This document shows, one piece after another, positions 21,715 through 32,173 of a DNA stretch of 64,000 nucleotides (position 1 is its first letter; each line of letters opens with the position of its first letter). The notes beneath the pieces were generated by a model. The model saw only the letters and a list, made by a program, of their open reading frames with translations. It made no database searches and had not been told where the DNA came from. Source of the DNA: Dysgonamonadaceae bacterium (GTDB taxonomy: Bacteria > Bacteroidota > Bacteroidia > Bacteroidales > Dysgonomonadaceae); the NCBI GenBank assembly GCA_028708095.1, contig JAQVZQ010000001.1, positions 1,272-65,271 on the forward strand. Reading direction: 5' to 3'. A program made the position numbers and the translations under genes.

Positions 21715-22578
21715 ATGAAAAGAGTGCATTTTATAGCAATCATTCTATTCGGTCTCATAAATCCTCTAATGGCTAATCCCGTTATAAAGGATTCGACCGA
21801 AGCATACCAGTATTGGGCGCAACGTGGTATTATTGAAATCGTACATGCTCATATGAGCGATTATATTAATACAGTAGGTGTAGCAAAATCGACAGAAGAG
21901 AATGTGACAAGAAAGGATTATAAATTGAAATTTATAAATAATATCAATGGTGACACGTTATCGAATCTTTCTGATATATCTCAATTTTTAAAAACAAATA
22001 AATGGGGAGGAGTGGAAAGGAATCTTCTACAACCGCTTATCATCAACCTACAGAATAAACATCCACTTGATGCCGATTTTTTTGAAGTGAAAAACCCTGA
22101 AACCAATCAACTTGTTACCGATATCACTGGACAAAACAATGAACGCATCAACTGGAATAAAAAGAAAGTGGAAATACTTGATGGTTACAAAAAAGAACTA
22201 ATTAATTTAGCTAACCTCAAAAATGTTTCTGCCGAAAACTTGTATACTTTTGATGATGACCCCAAGTTGTTTGTCTCAACAAAACAAAGTTTGATTCTAT
22301 TATTAATTTTCATTTGCGGTGGAATCATTGGAGGATGGATTGTTTTTTATTTTTCTAAACGAAGAATATATTCAATCCTAGAAGAGGAAAGGGTCTATTA
22401 CCTGGATTATCCACCTTTAAAAACGGAAAAATCAATTTTTCATTACATCACACTTTTTCATGTCTTAAAAAGACGAAAGGATTCGTATAAAAACCATAGC
22501 AGAACATTGAAAAACCAAATGGATAATATGGAGTTAGAAAACCAAAAATTAAAAGACAAACTAGAAAATAAATTATAG
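21715..22578 (+). CDS. Hypothetical secreted/membrane-anchored protein with a C-terminal coiled coil
   Basis: Signal peptide, one TM (LILLLIFICGGIIGGWIVFYF) and a basic/coiled tail. No recognisable family. Confidence 0.55.
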   Translation: MKRVHFIAIILFGLINPLMANPVIKDSTEAYQYWAQRGIIEIVHAHMSDYINTVGVAKSTEENVTRKDYKLKFINNINGDTLSNLSDISQFLKTNKWGGVERNLLQPLIINLQNKHPLDADFFEVKNPETNQLVTDITGQNNERINWNKKKVEILDGYKKELINLANLKNVSAENLYTFDDDPKLFVSTKQSLILLLIFICGGIIGGWIVFYFSKRRIYSILEEERVYYLDYPPLKTEKSIFHYITLFHVLKRRKDSYKNHSRTLKNQMDNMELENQKLKDKLENKL

Positions 22579-22637
22579 CAACGACCGTCAAACGAACTAA
22601 ATATTGAACATACCACATATTAAAGTGTTTTTTATAA

Positions 22638-22670
22638 GAGCATCTCTTCAACAAGATGCTCCTTTTATTT
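22638..22670 (+). terminator. Intrinsic terminator-like hairpin
   Basis: GAGCATC-N10-GATGCTC followed by CTTTTATTT. Confidence 0.6.
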
Positions 22671-22741
22671 AATCACTTTGATAAAAACATTATATTGCAA
22701 ACACTATTTATTTATGACTAACCCAACAATAACACACACCT

Positions 22742-23569
22742 ATGAATCAGAGAGAGAATAAAATAAACAATCATAAAAATAGTGAGGAGCAACTTAACGA
22801 AAGAAACGATGCAAATTATTTCTCACGAGTAGAGCTACTATTGGGTAATGAAGCCTTAGAGCTTATTTCGTCACAACGTGTTATTCTGTTTGGTGTGGGA
22901 GGGGTTGGTAGTTGGTGTGCTGAAGCTTTGGTTAGAAGTGGGATAAAGCACCTTACAATTGTCGACCCCGATCGTGTAAATATTTCAAATATGAACCGTC
23001 AGCTACCTGCCACTATCAATACAATCGGTCAACTTAAAGTTGAGGTATTGAAGAAACGCTTATTAGAAATTAATCCCGATGCAGAAATAGAAGCTATTGC
23101 ACAAATATATACCGAAGGAACCTCGGCAATGTTTTATTTACATAACTATCATTTCATTGTTGATGCCATAGACACCTTGTCACACAAAGCACATTTATTA
23201 ATTGAATCTTGCAAAACTGATGCACGGGTATTTGCTTCAATGGGAGCAGGACTAAAAATGGATCCCACACGTATTGCTATTACAGAATTTTGGAAAGTGA
23301 AAGGTTGTAAGTTAGCTGCTGCACTTCGACAAAGATTTAGAAAGGGCGAAGAAAAACCATCGCAAAAGATTATGTGTGTTTACAGTGAAGAGATGTTGCA
23401 AAATAAAGGAGAAAACAATATGATTGAAGAAAAAGAAGAAAGTGGAATAATTAGCTATTACAAACCACACACCAATGGTACTATGTTGCACATAACAGGA
23501 ACATTTGGCTTTATGTTGGCCAGCTTGGTTATAAATGATATCAACAATCAACTGGTAAGCTCAAAGTGA
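22742..23569 (+). CDS. tcdA: tRNA threonylcarbamoyladenosine dehydratase (ThiF/E1-like)
   Basis: GVGGVGS nucleotide loop and NRQ motif; length and layout match TcdA/CsdL. Confidence 0.8.
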   Translation: MNQRENKINNHKNSEEQLNERNDANYFSRVELLLGNEALELISSQRVILFGVGGVGSWCAEALVRSGIKHLTIVDPDRVNISNMNRQLPATINTIGQLKVEVLKKRLLEINPDAEIEAIAQIYTEGTSAMFYLHNYHFIVDAIDTLSHKAHLLIESCKTDARVFASMGAGLKMDPTRIAITEFWKVKGCKLAAALRQRFRKGEEKPSQKIMCVYSEEMLQNKGENNMIEEKEESGIISYYKPHTNGTMLHITGTFGFMLASLVINDINNQLVSSK

Positions 23570-23629
23570 CATACAGCCTAATATTATCACATAATAGCTA
23601 TTTGTCTTTCAACAGTATATAGTGCCCTT

Positions 23630-25456
23630 CTATTTTATCTCCAGCCCCAACTCATCAGAGAGTTTTTTTAGTGCAGGATTCTTTTCAACCATCTCCTCAA
23701 AAATTTCGTGAGAAGTAAATGCCCGTTTATTGACAACAGTTTCCGAAATTACGATATCCATCTCAACAAAGTCATTATGCAACTTTTCTTGTAGCCAGTC
23801 CAGAATTAATCTCAAGTTATCTTCAAGATATTGTTTGTTTATCTCTGTGTTTACTGTTACCTCAAATGTAGTCTCATTTGTTTTTTTGGGCAAATAGTTG
23901 GACATAGTATTTTTAAGCAATTTCTCTTCTTTCAAAGTTTCGGTATAGCTTTTCCAAGCATCTATCAAAGCGTCTTCGGTGAAGCTCTCCCTTTTCCTGT
24001 CATTTTCATCAACGGTGGGTTCAGTAGCTTCTGCTTGTTCCTCGTCCATTGTAGAAATGGATACACCATGATTGGCAATCGAAAAAGTTTTGGCCCTACC
24101 CCTTGTTACTGCGGGCTTTTCTTCTGTCTCTCTCTTGCTTTCTGGAATATCCTCCTTTTTATTGGGCTGTTGCACATCAACATAATGAGGTGCACTTTCA
24201 GTCAACAGACTTTCTTTCGACTCTTTTTCTTCAACTTCTTCTTTTTCCTCTTTCTCTTTTACTATAGTAGGTGCAGCAGTCTCTGGTACATGTGTGCGAA
24301 CTGTTTGCGATGCATCAATTTGCTTTATTGTCTGTTGTGGAGCACTACTACCCTCTGCCGTCGGAGTAGTAAGTTGACACATACGAATGAAAGCCAGTTC
24401 AAGCAACAGTCGTTTGTTTTGACTAATCCGATAGTTTAAATCACACTCATTGGCAATCGCAATGGCTTTGTATAAAAACTCATTAGAGCATTTTTTTGCA
24501 ACATCAATGTATCGTTTCTTTATAGATGGTCCTACTTCAAAAAGCATTACAGAGCGAGGATCTTTACTTATCATCAAGTTGCGAAAATGAGAAGCTATTC
24601 CCGAAATAATGTGTTGCCCTTCAAATCCATTATTAAGAATATCATTCACTATAAGCAAACAATCTATTACATTTCCATTTAATACAGCATCCGTTATTTT
24701 GAAGTAATATTCGTAATCCAGCACATTTAAATTGTCAATTACAGCTTTATAAGTTACATTACCCGCAGTGTAACTAACTGTTTGATCAAAAATAGATAAT
24801 GCGTCACGCATTCCTCCATCAGCTTTTTGAGCAATGATATTTAATGCTTCTTGTTCTACAGTTACATTTTCCTCTTTTGCAACAAAGTTGAGATACTCTA
24901 CAATATCTGTCAAATTAATTCGGTTAAAATCATAAACTTGACAACGAGATAAAATGGTTGGAATTATTTTATGCTTCTCTGTTGTTGCCAAAATGAAAAT
25001 AGCATGTTTGGGAGGCTCTTCCAAAGTTTTCAGAAATGAATTGAATGCTTGCGTAGAAAGCATGTGTACCTCATCAATAATATATACTTTATATTTTCCA
25101 ACTTGTGGTGGAATTCTTACTTGATCAATTAGGTTGCGAATATCCTCAACAGAGTTATTGGATGCAGCATCCATTTCATGTATATTGTATGAACGGTTCT
25201 CGTTGAATGCGACACATGATTCACAATTGTTGCATGCTTCATTATCAGCAGTCAGATTAAAACAATTGATGGTTTTTGCAAAAATACGTGCACAAGTAGT
25301 CTTCCCAACACCTCGTGGTCCGCAAAATAAATAAGCATGTGCCAGCTTGTTGTTCGAAATCGCATTCTTTAAGGTAGTTGTCAATGCGTTTTGACCAATA
25401 ACTGTTTTAAAAGTCGAGGGGCGGTATTTTCGAGCCGAAACAATATAGTTATCCAT
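23630..25456 (-). CDS. dnaX: DNA polymerase III subunit gamma/tau
   Basis: GPRGVGKTT, zinc module CNNCESC, SRCQ sensor, and an acidic/low-complexity linker. Confidence 0.92.
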   Translation of the reverse strand: MDNYIVSARKYRPSTFKTVIGQNALTTTLKNAISNNKLAHAYLFCGPRGVGKTTCARIFAKTINCFNLTADNEACNNCESCVAFNENRSYNIHEMDAASNNSVEDIRNLIDQVRIPPQVGKYKVYIIDEVHMLSTQAFNSFLKTLEEPPKHAIFILATTEKHKIIPTILSRCQVYDFNRINLTDIVEYLNFVAKEENVTVEQEALNIIAQKADGGMRDALSIFDQTVSYTAGNVTYKAVIDNLNVLDYEYYFKITDAVLNGNVIDCLLIVNDILNNGFEGQHIISGIASHFRNLMISKDPRSVMLFEVGPSIKKRYIDVAKKCSNEFLYKAIAIANECDLNYRISQNKRLLLELAFIRMCQLTTPTAEGSSAPQQTIKQIDASQTVRTHVPETAAPTIVKEKEEKEEVEEKESKESLLTESAPHYVDVQQPNKKEDIPESKRETEEKPAVTRGRAKTFSIANHGVSISTMDEEQAEATEPTVDENDRKRESFTEDALIDAWKSYTETLKEEKLLKNTMSNYLPKKTNETTFEVTVNTEINKQYLEDNLRLILDWLQEKLHNDFVEMDIVISETVVNKRAFTSHEIFEEMVEKNPALKKLSDELGLEIK

Positions 25457-25694
25457 AATATTCTATTTTGAACTACAAATCTAATGAAAATAAATGACTT
25501 TAAACACCTATCAACTAATGCAAATATTTCAAGTTTTAGGTGCTACAAAATTAAGAAAGACCGCATTGGTTCAATCAAATAATAATAAAGTTAATCTCTA
25601 ACACCAATTACAACATCTACCTCTTTATTATTGTTAATTATGAGGTCAAATAAAAAATATTCCGCTTTTTTGAAGATTTAAATAACTTTTTTTT

Positions 25695-25767
25695 TGTATG
25701 TTTGTTATTTAATTACATTCCAGCTTTGTATGTTTGTTATTTAATTACATTCCAGCATTGTATGAAC
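25695..25767. repeat. 32-bp tandem duplication, about 2.3 units (TGTATGTTTGTTATTTAATTACATTCCAGCWT)
   Basis: Units start at 25695, 25727 and 25759, directly upstream of the lipoprotein gene. Confidence 0.9.
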
Positions 25768-25809
25768 AGCAAAAAGCGTTGCTTAACCAATTTTGAAAGA
25801 GAGCTTTGT

Positions 25810-26793
25810 ATGAAAATTAGCCATATCTTATTAGTACTAATAACAACTGCCTTTGTTGTTGTAACTGGTTGTGGAGCAAAAAAAACGATGGTTGCCGAAC
25901 AACCAGAATATGAATTGGATGGTTATGTTCTGATACAAAATAATAATCCTCTTTTCCCCATTCCCAAAGTTCCAGCATCAATAACAAATGAAAAGGAGCG
26001 GGCTATCCATTTATCCAAACACTTCTGGGATTTATTTTCTTTTAATGACACATCTCTGATATCTCAACCTGAAGTTACTGAACAAGGTTTTGTCGATTAT
26101 ATACATGTTTTAAATTATATACCTTTCAAGTATGCCTCTCGATCGATTAAGTATATGCTGCTCAAAGCTCAGGAAAATCCTGATATGTATGCACACCTTG
26201 CATCTTTATATCAAAAATATTATTACGATGCCGACTCCCCATTTCGTAACGAAGAGTTATATATGCCAGTGCTCGAAACTGTGTTAAGGTCAGGTATGTT
26301 GCCAGAAGATGAACAGGAAATGTATGCTTTTCAGCAAGAAATGATTCATAAGAACAGAGTGGGTACTAAAGCAACTGATTTTGTTTATACCCTTCCTAAA
26401 GGCAATTGGAAAAGGTTGCATTCAATTCGAAGTAACTATGTGATACTCTTTTTTAGCCAACCAGATTGCCCATTATGCGAAACCATCATTGATAATATAA
26501 ACAACTCTGAAGTATTGAAACCCGTGTTTTCAAGAAATAGTTTCAGCAGAAGTATGCTCACTGTTTTAAATATCTATCCAGGTAGTGATGTATTGGGTTG
26601 GAGAAATAGTGTAAGTACAATGCCACAAAAAAACTGGATCAATGCTTACGATAGATCAAGAATACTAACCAATAACCGGGTTTATGACATAAAAACTATT
26701 CCTACAATTTATTTTTTAGACAAAAGAAAAAGAATAATTTTGAAAGACACTTCTCTCGAAGAGATTGAAAGTTTCTTTATATCCAAAGAATAA
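25810..26793 (+). CDS. Thioredoxin-fold lipoprotein (DUF5106-like by recollection)
   Basis: Lipobox VVTGC and a CPLC redox motif in FFSQPDCPLCE. The ATG at 25810 is preferred. Confidence 0.65.
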   Translation: MKISHILLVLITTAFVVVTGCGAKKTMVAEQPEYELDGYVLIQNNNPLFPIPKVPASITNEKERAIHLSKHFWDLFSFNDTSLISQPEVTEQGFVDYIHVLNYIPFKYASRSIKYMLLKAQENPDMYAHLASLYQKYYYDADSPFRNEELYMPVLETVLRSGMLPEDEQEMYAFQQEMIHKNRVGTKATDFVYTLPKGNWKRLHSIRSNYVILFFSQPDCPLCETIIDNINNSEVLKPVFSRNSFSRSMLTVLNIYPGSDVLGWRNSVSTMPQKNWINAYDRSRILTNNRVYDIKTIPTIYFLDKRKRIILKDTSLEEIESFFISKE

Positions 26794-26817
26794 TTTCTTA
26801 GCTGAATTTTGCAATAA

Positions 26818-26854
26818 AAAAAGGTTCTGATAATAAAAATATCAGAACCTTTCT
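26818..26854. terminator. Bidirectional terminator hairpin between convergent genes
   Basis: AAGGTTCTGATA-N7-TATCAGAACCTT flanked by an A-run and a short T stretch. Confidence 0.7.
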
Positions 26855-26913
26855 ACACAATTGTTATATAATTACAGAATATGCAATGTTAGGATATACA
26901 TTAAAAAAAGTCT

Positions 26914-27417
26914 TTATACAAATTCCTCTTTCAACTGTTCCACCCATTTTTCAAGGCGTTCTTCCGTCTCGTCATATTCATTGTCCTCGTCAAGTGCCAA
27001 CCCTAACCATTTGCCATCAACAACAGCAGACGAATCATCATAGGTATAACCCTCATCAGGTATCTCACCAACAATTTTCACTTTGCTATTGAGTTCGTCA
27101 TGTAAAACAAAAATAGACTCAGCAAAGCTGCTCGAGAAAGAAGCACTATCTCCCAAACCAAATATAGCCACTGTTTTATCAGTGAAATCCATTTTAGACG
27201 AAAACGTTGGTAGAAAGCTATCCCAATCGTCTTGCAAATCTCCCATTCCAGTGGTAGATGCGCCCAATATTAAGTATTTGTAAGGCTGAACCTCATCAAT
27301 AGAAACGCTGGAAACATCAAATATATCGGCTTCTCCGTCAAATAATTCTTGTATTCTTTCAGCTATTGATTCGGTATTTCCTCCTGATGTACCGTAAAGT
27401 ATGGCGATTTTTTTCAT
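26914..27417 (-). CDS. fldA: Flavodoxin (long-chain)
   Basis: MKKIAILYGTSGGNTE FMN-phosphate loop; 167 aa and acidic. Confidence 0.9.
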   Translation of the reverse strand: MKKIAILYGTSGGNTESIAERIQELFDGEADIFDVSSVSIDEVQPYKYLILGASTTGMGDLQDDWDSFLPTFSSKMDFTDKTVAIFGLGDSASFSSSFAESIFVLHDELNSKVKIVGEIPDEGYTYDDSSAVVDGKWLGLALDEDNEYDETEERLEKWVEQLKEEFV

Positions 27418-27638
27418 TGTTTAAAATAAGTTTTATAAATAACTAAACAGTTGTTCTTGACTTTACCAGTCAAGTTTATTTAAAATATGAACACAAAAAT
27501 AACAATTTTGTTTGGATATCATATCGTAGGTTTTGGATTATAATCCGTTATATGCACCTTCTGTTGCCAATAAAATAAACTTCTGTTGGAAAACATCAAA
27601 AAATCGTTTACTTTTGCATTGTAATCTTATAAACAATT

Positions 27639-27710
27639 GGCGCGATAGTTCAATGGATAGAATAGGAGTTTCCTAAACTTTAGATCCGGGTTCGATTCCC
27701 GGTCGTGCTA
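27639..27710 (+). tRNA. tRNA-Arg (anticodon CCT)
   Basis: Hand-folded cloverleaf: acceptor GGCGCGA/TCGTGCT, D arm GTTC..GAAT, anticodon stem GGAGT/ACTTT with loop TTCCTAA, T arm CCGGG-TTCGATT-CCCGG. No encoded CCA. Confidence 0.88.
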
Positions 27711-27882
27711 CTTTTTTAAATATATTGGTTTGGCAAGTCAGATGCATGTGTGTTTTTTGTACATGTAGCAAGTTTCAACGAATAGATATGTAAATCTAAT
27801 TATCATTGTAAGCTATGATTTAGCTGGTTATTTAAGTATTAAAGTTGTACTTATATAGTTTGTTTATTATTGATAGAATCTT

Positions 27883-28628
27883 TCAGCTTTTCTTTTCAGA
27901 ATTATACTTAACTAACTTTTCCCAATCTATATCACCTGATACTTTGCAGTAATCTGTAGTAAACTCTTTGGTAAATTTATTTAGCTTTTGTGCATACGAA
28001 TTCATAAACGCATCATTTTTCTCTTTAGCTTTATATCCCAGAGGTTCTATAATTTCTGTGTAAAGATTTTCTTCACCCGAAATAAATTTCCAAAATTCTT
28101 GCCCACAGAATTTAAAATAATCCCTTTATCAGGATTATTATCTCTACCGTAACAACAATCATTGATAGCAACAATATTCATTTGAGAATTACTTGTTCGC
28201 AATGTCTTTTTGGCAGTTCTGAAATCATCTTTTAATCTTTTTATCTGAGAACTATTACCCCAATTAGTCCCAGACTTTATAGTTACAATAAAACGTCTAT
28301 CTTCATAATCGAACTCAAGGTCGATTCCAGGAATACCAGATTTCCAACCATTGTATACTTTCTCATTAATAAAGATGGCAAGTCCTTCAAGCCAATCTCC
28401 AAAAATCCCCTCTTCACTTGATGAAAGATGAGCATCAACAATACTTCTTACAATTTCATCTGCTGTTAAAACGTTTTTTGCTTTATAAAGATAAGGATTC
28501 TTCCGTTTTAGTATTTTTGAAAGTTGTAAGTTATCCAAGCTTTGGATGCGTTTTTCATGAAACACTCCAATGTTATTTTCAACGTATTGCAATACGTCAT
28601 TTAGGTTCATATTTTTCATTCTCTTCAA
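27883..28628 (-). pseudogene. Type II restriction endonuclease (PD-(D/E)XK-like), frameshifted
   Basis: The ORF 28047..28628 ends prematurely. The sequence continues without stops in another frame (..DYFKFCGQEFWKFISGEENLYTEIIEPLGYKAKE.. to the stop at 27883). The frame change lies near the AAAGGG run at 28118-28128. Confidence 0.7.
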
Positions 28629-29451
28629 ATAAAACTAAGTCTACGGGTATTAATTTCTCTTTAACCATTTCATAGTACTCTGGAACAATATCTATACCTA
28701 CAGAGTTCCTTATCATTCTATTTGCCACTTCCAGTGTTGTGCCTGATCCCATAAACGGATCCAGAACAACATCGTGTTCTTTGGTAAATAGTTTTATAAA
28801 CCACTGAGGCAACTCTTGTGGAAAAGCTGCACTATGATTTTTATTATTGCATTCTGTAGCAAGATGAAGTACATTTGTTGGGTAAGCCATATCTCTGTCT
28901 AACCAGTTTGATATTTTTTTACCGAAACCACTACCTACTTTTGAATTATCTCTTATTTTATCTGTTTCGGAAAGATTTTTCAAACGAGCTTTAGCCCAAT
29001 CTCCCATAGGTACCATAACCTCGTCTTGATACATGTGAAATTTTTTTTCTTTATTGAATTGCAGCAGTCGTTCCCATGAATCCCTAAACCGATTAGGCCA
29101 TTTACCTGGGAAAGAGTTTTTTTTATGCCAAATAAACTCTTCTGTCCAATACCATCCTTGTTTACGCATAGCTAATATCAACTCCATTACATAGGTGCTT
29201 CTCTCTCCATTAACTACTTTTTCTTTTATATTTAAAATAAAAGTTCCGGAAGGTTTTAATATACGTAGTAATTGTTCTGAGATTGGTAAAAACCATTCTA
29301 CATAATTATCTGGATGTATTCCTCCATAAGTGCTTTTTCTTTGGTCTGCATAAGGAGGTGATGTCATAATTAAATCAATAGAGTTATCTCCTAACAATTT
29401 TAGTTTTTCCTTACTATCACCTAAATATATATCAGCAAATAATTTCTTCAT
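28597..29451 (-). CDS. Beta-class N4-cytosine/N6-adenine DNA methyltransferase
   Basis: Motif IV TSPPY near the N-terminus and motif I DPFMGSGTT near the C-terminus. It overlaps the endonuclease gene. Confidence 0.9.
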   Translation of the reverse strand: MKKLFADIYLGDSKEKLKLLGDNSIDLIMTSPPYADQRKSTYGGIHPDNYVEWFLPISEQLLRILKPSGTFILNIKEKVVNGERSTYVMELILAMRKQGWYWTEEFIWHKKNSFPGKWPNRFRDSWERLLQFNKEKKFHMYQDEVMVPMGDWAKARLKNLSETDKIRDNSKVGSGFGKKISNWLDRDMAYPTNVLHLATECNNKNHSAAFPQELPQWFIKLFTKEHDVVLDPFMGSGTTLEVANRMIRNSVGIDIVPEYYEMVKEKLIPVDLVLFEENEKYEPK

Positions 29452-29661
29452 TTATTGAATTCTGTTTTTCACAAATATACAATTTAAAATTCCACAATCA
29501 AACATAAACCAACAGCCATCAGTGTTTATTTATGATTGTTGTTACTAAAGAGAATCAGGAATATCTTTATACAAATATAAAAAAATCACACTACTTGTTT
29601 TGTTATGTTATAATATGTTTTTGTATATTTACCAAATATAAACCAGATATACCACAGTGAA

Positions 29662-30210
29662 ATGAAAACACTTCTGCTCATATTAACGACCTTAACTTTT
29701 GGAGTTAATTGTTTTGGACAAATTGTCAGTCAATTGACAATAGCTGATTCAGCTAAAATTGAAACAGCAATAGAGATGAAAACTCAGAAATTAAAAAACT
29801 CCCTCAAAGAAAATATCCAGTATACAGACAACTTATTCGTAGAGTTCAGTGTCGATACATTTAAGGTTGAAGAACGGCTAAGACTCAAACTTAATATTGA
29901 TTATTCAACCCACGGAATAGTGAAAGCGATACTTGATGCGAATAGTGACTTTGATAATTTGCTGAATAAATACTATCGGCTTCTTTTGAAAAGTTTGAAC
30001 GATGAAGACAAGGAAGTATTGAGAAAATCGCAGAGAAATTGGATTATCTTCAGAGACTCTGAATTAAAATTAAATGAAGTTCTCATGAGTGATTATTACT
30101 CAGGCGGCGGATCAATGCAAAGAATAAATGCTGCCGACAGAATGTTAACAATAACAAGACAGCGAGTAAAGGAGCTTTACAACTATTTGGAGAGAAAACT
30201 ATTGAATTAA
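29662..30210 (+). CDS. Secreted DUF1311/LprI-like (lysozyme-inhibitor family) protein
   Basis: Signal peptide and the family motif around SQRNWIIFRDSE. Confidence 0.6.
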   Translation: MKTLLLILTTLTFGVNCFGQIVSQLTIADSAKIETAIEMKTQKLKNSLKENIQYTDNLFVEFSVDTFKVEERLRLKLNIDYSTHGIVKAILDANSDFDNLLNKYYRLLLKSLNDEDKEVLRKSQRNWIIFRDSELKLNEVLMSDYYSGGGSMQRINAADRMLTITRQRVKELYNYLERKLLN

Positions 30211-30372
30211 AAATATGCTATAATAGCTATACGTAGTGCGGGTCTTAAGTGCTTAATTTATCATAAATATATGTTGACAAAAATAATGATAAAACTGAAA
30301 GCAAATGATATTTTAATTGCCCATTGCGCATAGTAAAACTGTTACCAAACCATTTTAATAAACCGTACAACT

Positions 30373-31590
30373 ATGAAACATTTTCTGATAATAGGACTGC
30401 TTTTGATTTCACAGCTTGGATTTTCACAAATAAAAGAAATAAATCCAACATCAACGAGACTTTTAGATTTGAGCACTTCGGGCGAAAAGGAATTTAACGA
30501 TAATCTTAAAACCTATGAAAAGATTAAAGACAAAATGTCAAATGGTGTAGAGTTTGACGATTTGTCTCAACAAGAGAAAGATGCATATTCAAAAGTTGAT
30601 GAAACAATGGAAGACTATTGGGATATAATTGGAAATGGTTGTAGTTGGTATTGTGGTGGTGGAGCTAAAGAAGTTACCGCTTCAAGTTATTTAAAATCGC
30701 AAGGAGCAAATAGTTACGTCCCTCAAAATGCACATGATTTAAATTATAAAAATGTGTGGGCCGAAGGTGTAGATGGTTATGGAATTGGTGAATATCTTCT
30801 GTATACATTTGAGGCAACATCACCCAGAATTAACGAGATTATCATTGTAAATGGACATGTGAAAAGTAAGACAGCATGGGAAAACAATTCACGGGTAAAA
30901 AAACTCAAGGTGTACATTGATAATAAACCTTATGCCACTTTGAATTTAAAAGATATACGTGGCTCACAGTGCTTTAAAGTTGACCCAATAGGGAATGGTG
31001 ATAGAGAGAATTGGGATGCCCTCAAAACAAAACCAGACTGGACATTGAAGTTTGAAATACTTGATGTTTACAAAGGATTAAAATACGATGATGTTGTAGT
31101 TTCTGAGATTTATTTTGATGGACTTGATGTTCATTGTTTCGCAAAGGGAACAAAAGTTATGTTAGCAGATAAATCAACCAAAAATATAGAGGACTTACAA
31201 ATAGGTGATAAGGTTGCCTGTTTGGACTTTGAAACTAAGTCAATAATATCTGCCAAGATTGAGAAACTGGAAAAAGTAATACATCACGGACTTGTGACTT
31301 ATCAGTTTAAAAGCGGATTAGAGATAACCGCAACACAAGACCATCCATTTAGAATTAAAGACAAAGGTTGGGCTTCTTTAAAACCTGACAAATCTAATCA
31401 GTACAAAGGATTTGAGAAAATTCAAAAAATAGCGATTGGAGATTCATTTATATCAACAAATGGTTCAGAGAAACTGATGGCGATTAACTATCTGGAAGGA
31501 AAGCAAGAGACATATACTATTTCAAAACTAAGTTGGGGAGACAATTTTATAGCAAACGGATTGATAGCGGGTGTTGAAGAAATGAAGTAA
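30373..31590 (+). CDS. Secreted NADase-type/discoidin-like glycan-binding domain protein fused to a Hint (bacterial intein-like) domain
   Basis: Signal peptide, then CSWYCGG..NVWAEGVDGYGIGEYL..NSRVKKLKV, then a Hint module starting at CFAKGTKVML with TATQDHPF and ending at NFIANGLIAG. The stop comes 5 codons later. Confidence 0.75.
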   Translation: MKHFLIIGLLLISQLGFSQIKEINPTSTRLLDLSTSGEKEFNDNLKTYEKIKDKMSNGVEFDDLSQQEKDAYSKVDETMEDYWDIIGNGCSWYCGGGAKEVTASSYLKSQGANSYVPQNAHDLNYKNVWAEGVDGYGIGEYLLYTFEATSPRINEIIIVNGHVKSKTAWENNSRVKKLKVYIDNKPYATLNLKDIRGSQCFKVDPIGNGDRENWDALKTKPDWTLKFEILDVYKGLKYDDVVVSEIYFDGLDVHCFAKGTKVMLADKSTKNIEDLQIGDKVACLDFETKSIISAKIEKLEKVIHHGLVTYQFKSGLEITATQDHPFRIKDKGWASLKPDKSNQYKGFEKIQKIAIGDSFISTNGSEKLMAINYLEGKQETYTISKLSWGDNFIANGLIAGVEEMK

Positions 31591-31639
31591 AATCGTTTTT
31601 CCTGTTTCATCGCTTATATTTACGCTCATACTACAGTAC

Positions 31640-32120
31640 CAATCTCCTCTTTTCAAACTTTTGGAACAAAGAACATGTACCCATAAACCATTTTAAGCGC
31701 AGGTTTTTTGATGAATGGGACAGCAAAGAGTGGCAACTATACTTTGAGTTTCTAATTGCTTGTGCAACACAATATCTTACTACAGGACTAAAAAGAGTAT
31801 CCTACTCAAAGGATGTGGACAATTACTGGATCTATTTCTCGAATGATATAGTTCTGGAAGAGTTTGAACGAATATTTGATGTGATGAGGGCGAACGGAAA
31901 ATTTAAAGTGTTAGACTTTTTGAATGAGTATAAGAAAAACTCACCACTTAGAAGTGAGAAGCTTTTTCACCACAATAATACAGGAAAAATGATTGATGCT
32001 TATGTCAAGAAACATGGGATAAATATAGAGTTTCAAGCAAAAAAGAGATTGTGGTTCTTTTTGGATAATGAAAATGAAAATAACTCAGATGATAAATTGG
32101 TTGCTAACAGTGTAAATTAG
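31640..32120 (+). pseudogene. 3' fragment of a P4/VirE-type primase-helicase gene from a mobilizable element
   Basis: An in-frame stretch ..NHFKRRFFDEWDSKEWQLYFEFLIACATQYLTTGLKRV.. precedes the annotated ORF 31815..32120. The N-terminal ATPase/primase part is absent. Confidence 0.55.
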
Positions 32121-32173
32121 TTGCTTTTTTAGCGATTAGGTGTCACCGGTTACAGCTAAATACGGCAAGTTAC

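Noticed and set aside
23831-24439. A 202-aa ORF antisense to dnaX, and similar antisense ORFs in sbcC, polA, blaR1, sulP and hcp
   Set aside because: These are shadow ORFs opposite well-supported genes. Their translations are low-complexity or Cys/Phe-rich with no motifs.
23630-25456. Programmed -1 frameshift site in dnaX
   Set aside because: No A-AAA-AAG type slippery heptamer lies in frame. The nearest candidate (AAT AAA AAG near 24130-24140) lacks the required first A.
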